58,428 nt of DNA. Origin: an uncultured Eubacteriales bacterium (GTDB lineage: Bacteria > Bacillota > Clostridia > TANB77 > SIG350). Location: positions 1 to 58,428 of the forward strand of contig CAZFOR010000004.1 in the NCBI GenBank assembly GCA_964520895.1. The letters are read 5' to 3'. Positions within the stretch are counted from its first letter, which is position 1. Each line of letters begins with the position of its first letter. Below are positions 57,816-58,428 of this stretch, piece by piece. The position numbers and the translations under genes are program-made. The notes under the pieces were generated by a model. That model had not been told where the DNA came from. It made no database searches and saw nothing but the letters and a program-made list of their open reading frames with translations.

Positions 57816-57901
57816 TTTAACATATTCATCAAAATTTGTCATAAATGTTTGAAAATTATATAAATATAAAATATAATATATTCATAAAGGGGAGATTAAA
57901 T

Positions 57902-58428
57902 ATGAGAAAAAGTAAAAAGGCTGAATATAAATATAAGATATTTGGAATAGCAGTAATAGCAATTATGGCAGTAATATTTTCAATGTATGGTGATAGAATA
58001 AGTACTAATGTAGATAATAATATTAAACAAGATAATATAATAAATGATAATGAATTAAAACAAGATAATGTAATAAATGATAATGAATTAAAACAAGATA
58101 TGTCTGATTTAAAGATATACTTTTTCGATGTAGGTCAAGCAGATAGTGCATTAATTGTAAATGAAGGAAAAACAATGTTAATTGATGCTGGTAATGAAGC
58201 AAATGGTAATCAAATAGTACGTTATTTAGAAAAATTAAATATTGATAAAATAGATTATTTAATTGCTACACATGTACATGCTGACCATATTGGTGGGATG
58301 GATAAAGTAATTAATAATATAGATATTGGTAATGTGTATATGCCATATAGTACACATACAACTAAACAATTTGAACAACTAATTACATCAATAGAAAATA
58401 AAAATTTGAGTATTACACAAACTAATCT
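57902..58428 (+). CDS. Membrane-anchored metallo-beta-lactamase-fold protein (ComEC C-terminal-domain-like); the 3' end lies outside the window
   Basis: RBS GGGGAG and ATG at 57902. One TM, then YFFDVGQADSALI…LIDAG…ATHVHADHIGG. The ORF is open to the window end, so it is absent from the ORF track. Confidence 0.7.
   Translation, partial: MRKSKKAEYKYKIFGIAVIAIMAVIFSMYGDRISTNVDNNIKQDNIINDNELKQDNVINDNELKQDMSDLKIYFFDVGQADSALIVNEGKTMLIDAGNEANGNQIVRYLEKLNIDKIDYLIATHVHADHIGGMDKVINNIDIGNVYMPYSTHTTKQFEQLITSIENKNLSITQTN

Noticed and set aside
58021-58095. 33-bp tandem repeat (KQDN[IV]INDNEL twice) at the start of the MBL/ComEC-like gene
   Set aside because: It is an in-frame, low-complexity linker duplication between the TM anchor and the catalytic domain. 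There is no evidence of a function beyond a possible length polymorphism.

Overview
This is a 58.4-kb, very AT-rich chromosomal segment. Hand counts of ordinary 60-nt blocks give roughly 20-25% G+C. The gene content points to a spore-forming, low-GC Firmicute of the Clostridia type. The backbone is mostly housekeeping, in this order: 3' part of dnaE, a GltD-like oxidoreductase, an XRE regulator, tRNA-Gly(UCC), an AAA ATPase, a GDPD, and murJ. Next comes a minus-strand gerA-type germinant-receptor operon whose A and B cistrons are frame-disrupted, then a decayed pilin-like gene, a radical-SAM TIGR03960/TIGR03936-type pair, rplM-rpsI and mini-RNase III. An agr quorum-sensing locus follows (agrB, a Cys-less agrD, and a convergent AgrC-like kinase plus LytTR regulator). 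Its 2.17-kb kinase/regulator segment occurs twice as near-perfect direct repeats flanking an AbiEi/AbiEii module. After that come pdaA-like/yqfC/yqfD sporulation genes, ybeY, an ABC-F ATPase, rpsT, rpsU, a GC-richer SLH surface protein, an M16 peptidase pair, lgt and a spo0E-like ORF. The window ends with the dcw cluster (mraZ-rsmH-ftsL-spoVD/pbp-murE-mraY-ftsW/spoVE-murG), a ThyX-like gene, a PHP phosphoesterase, cysS and the start of an MBL/ComEC-like gene. Four things stand out. (1) Between murG and the thyX-like gene lie two tandem modules, each pairing a small RNA with a convergent 20-codon hydrophobic-peptide ORF. They have the architecture of par/Fst-type type I toxin-antitoxin loci and show copy-specific compensatory base changes. 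(2) A 33-nt GC-rich palindromic repeat family has 5 copies at 3 gene ends. (3) The kinase/regulator segment forms an A-B-A duplication around AbiE. (4) At least seven reading-frame lesions affect five genes, including essential cysS (an A7 homopolymer), so the sequence either contains errors or the genome is decaying. I saw no rRNA, CRISPR array, transposase or integrase.
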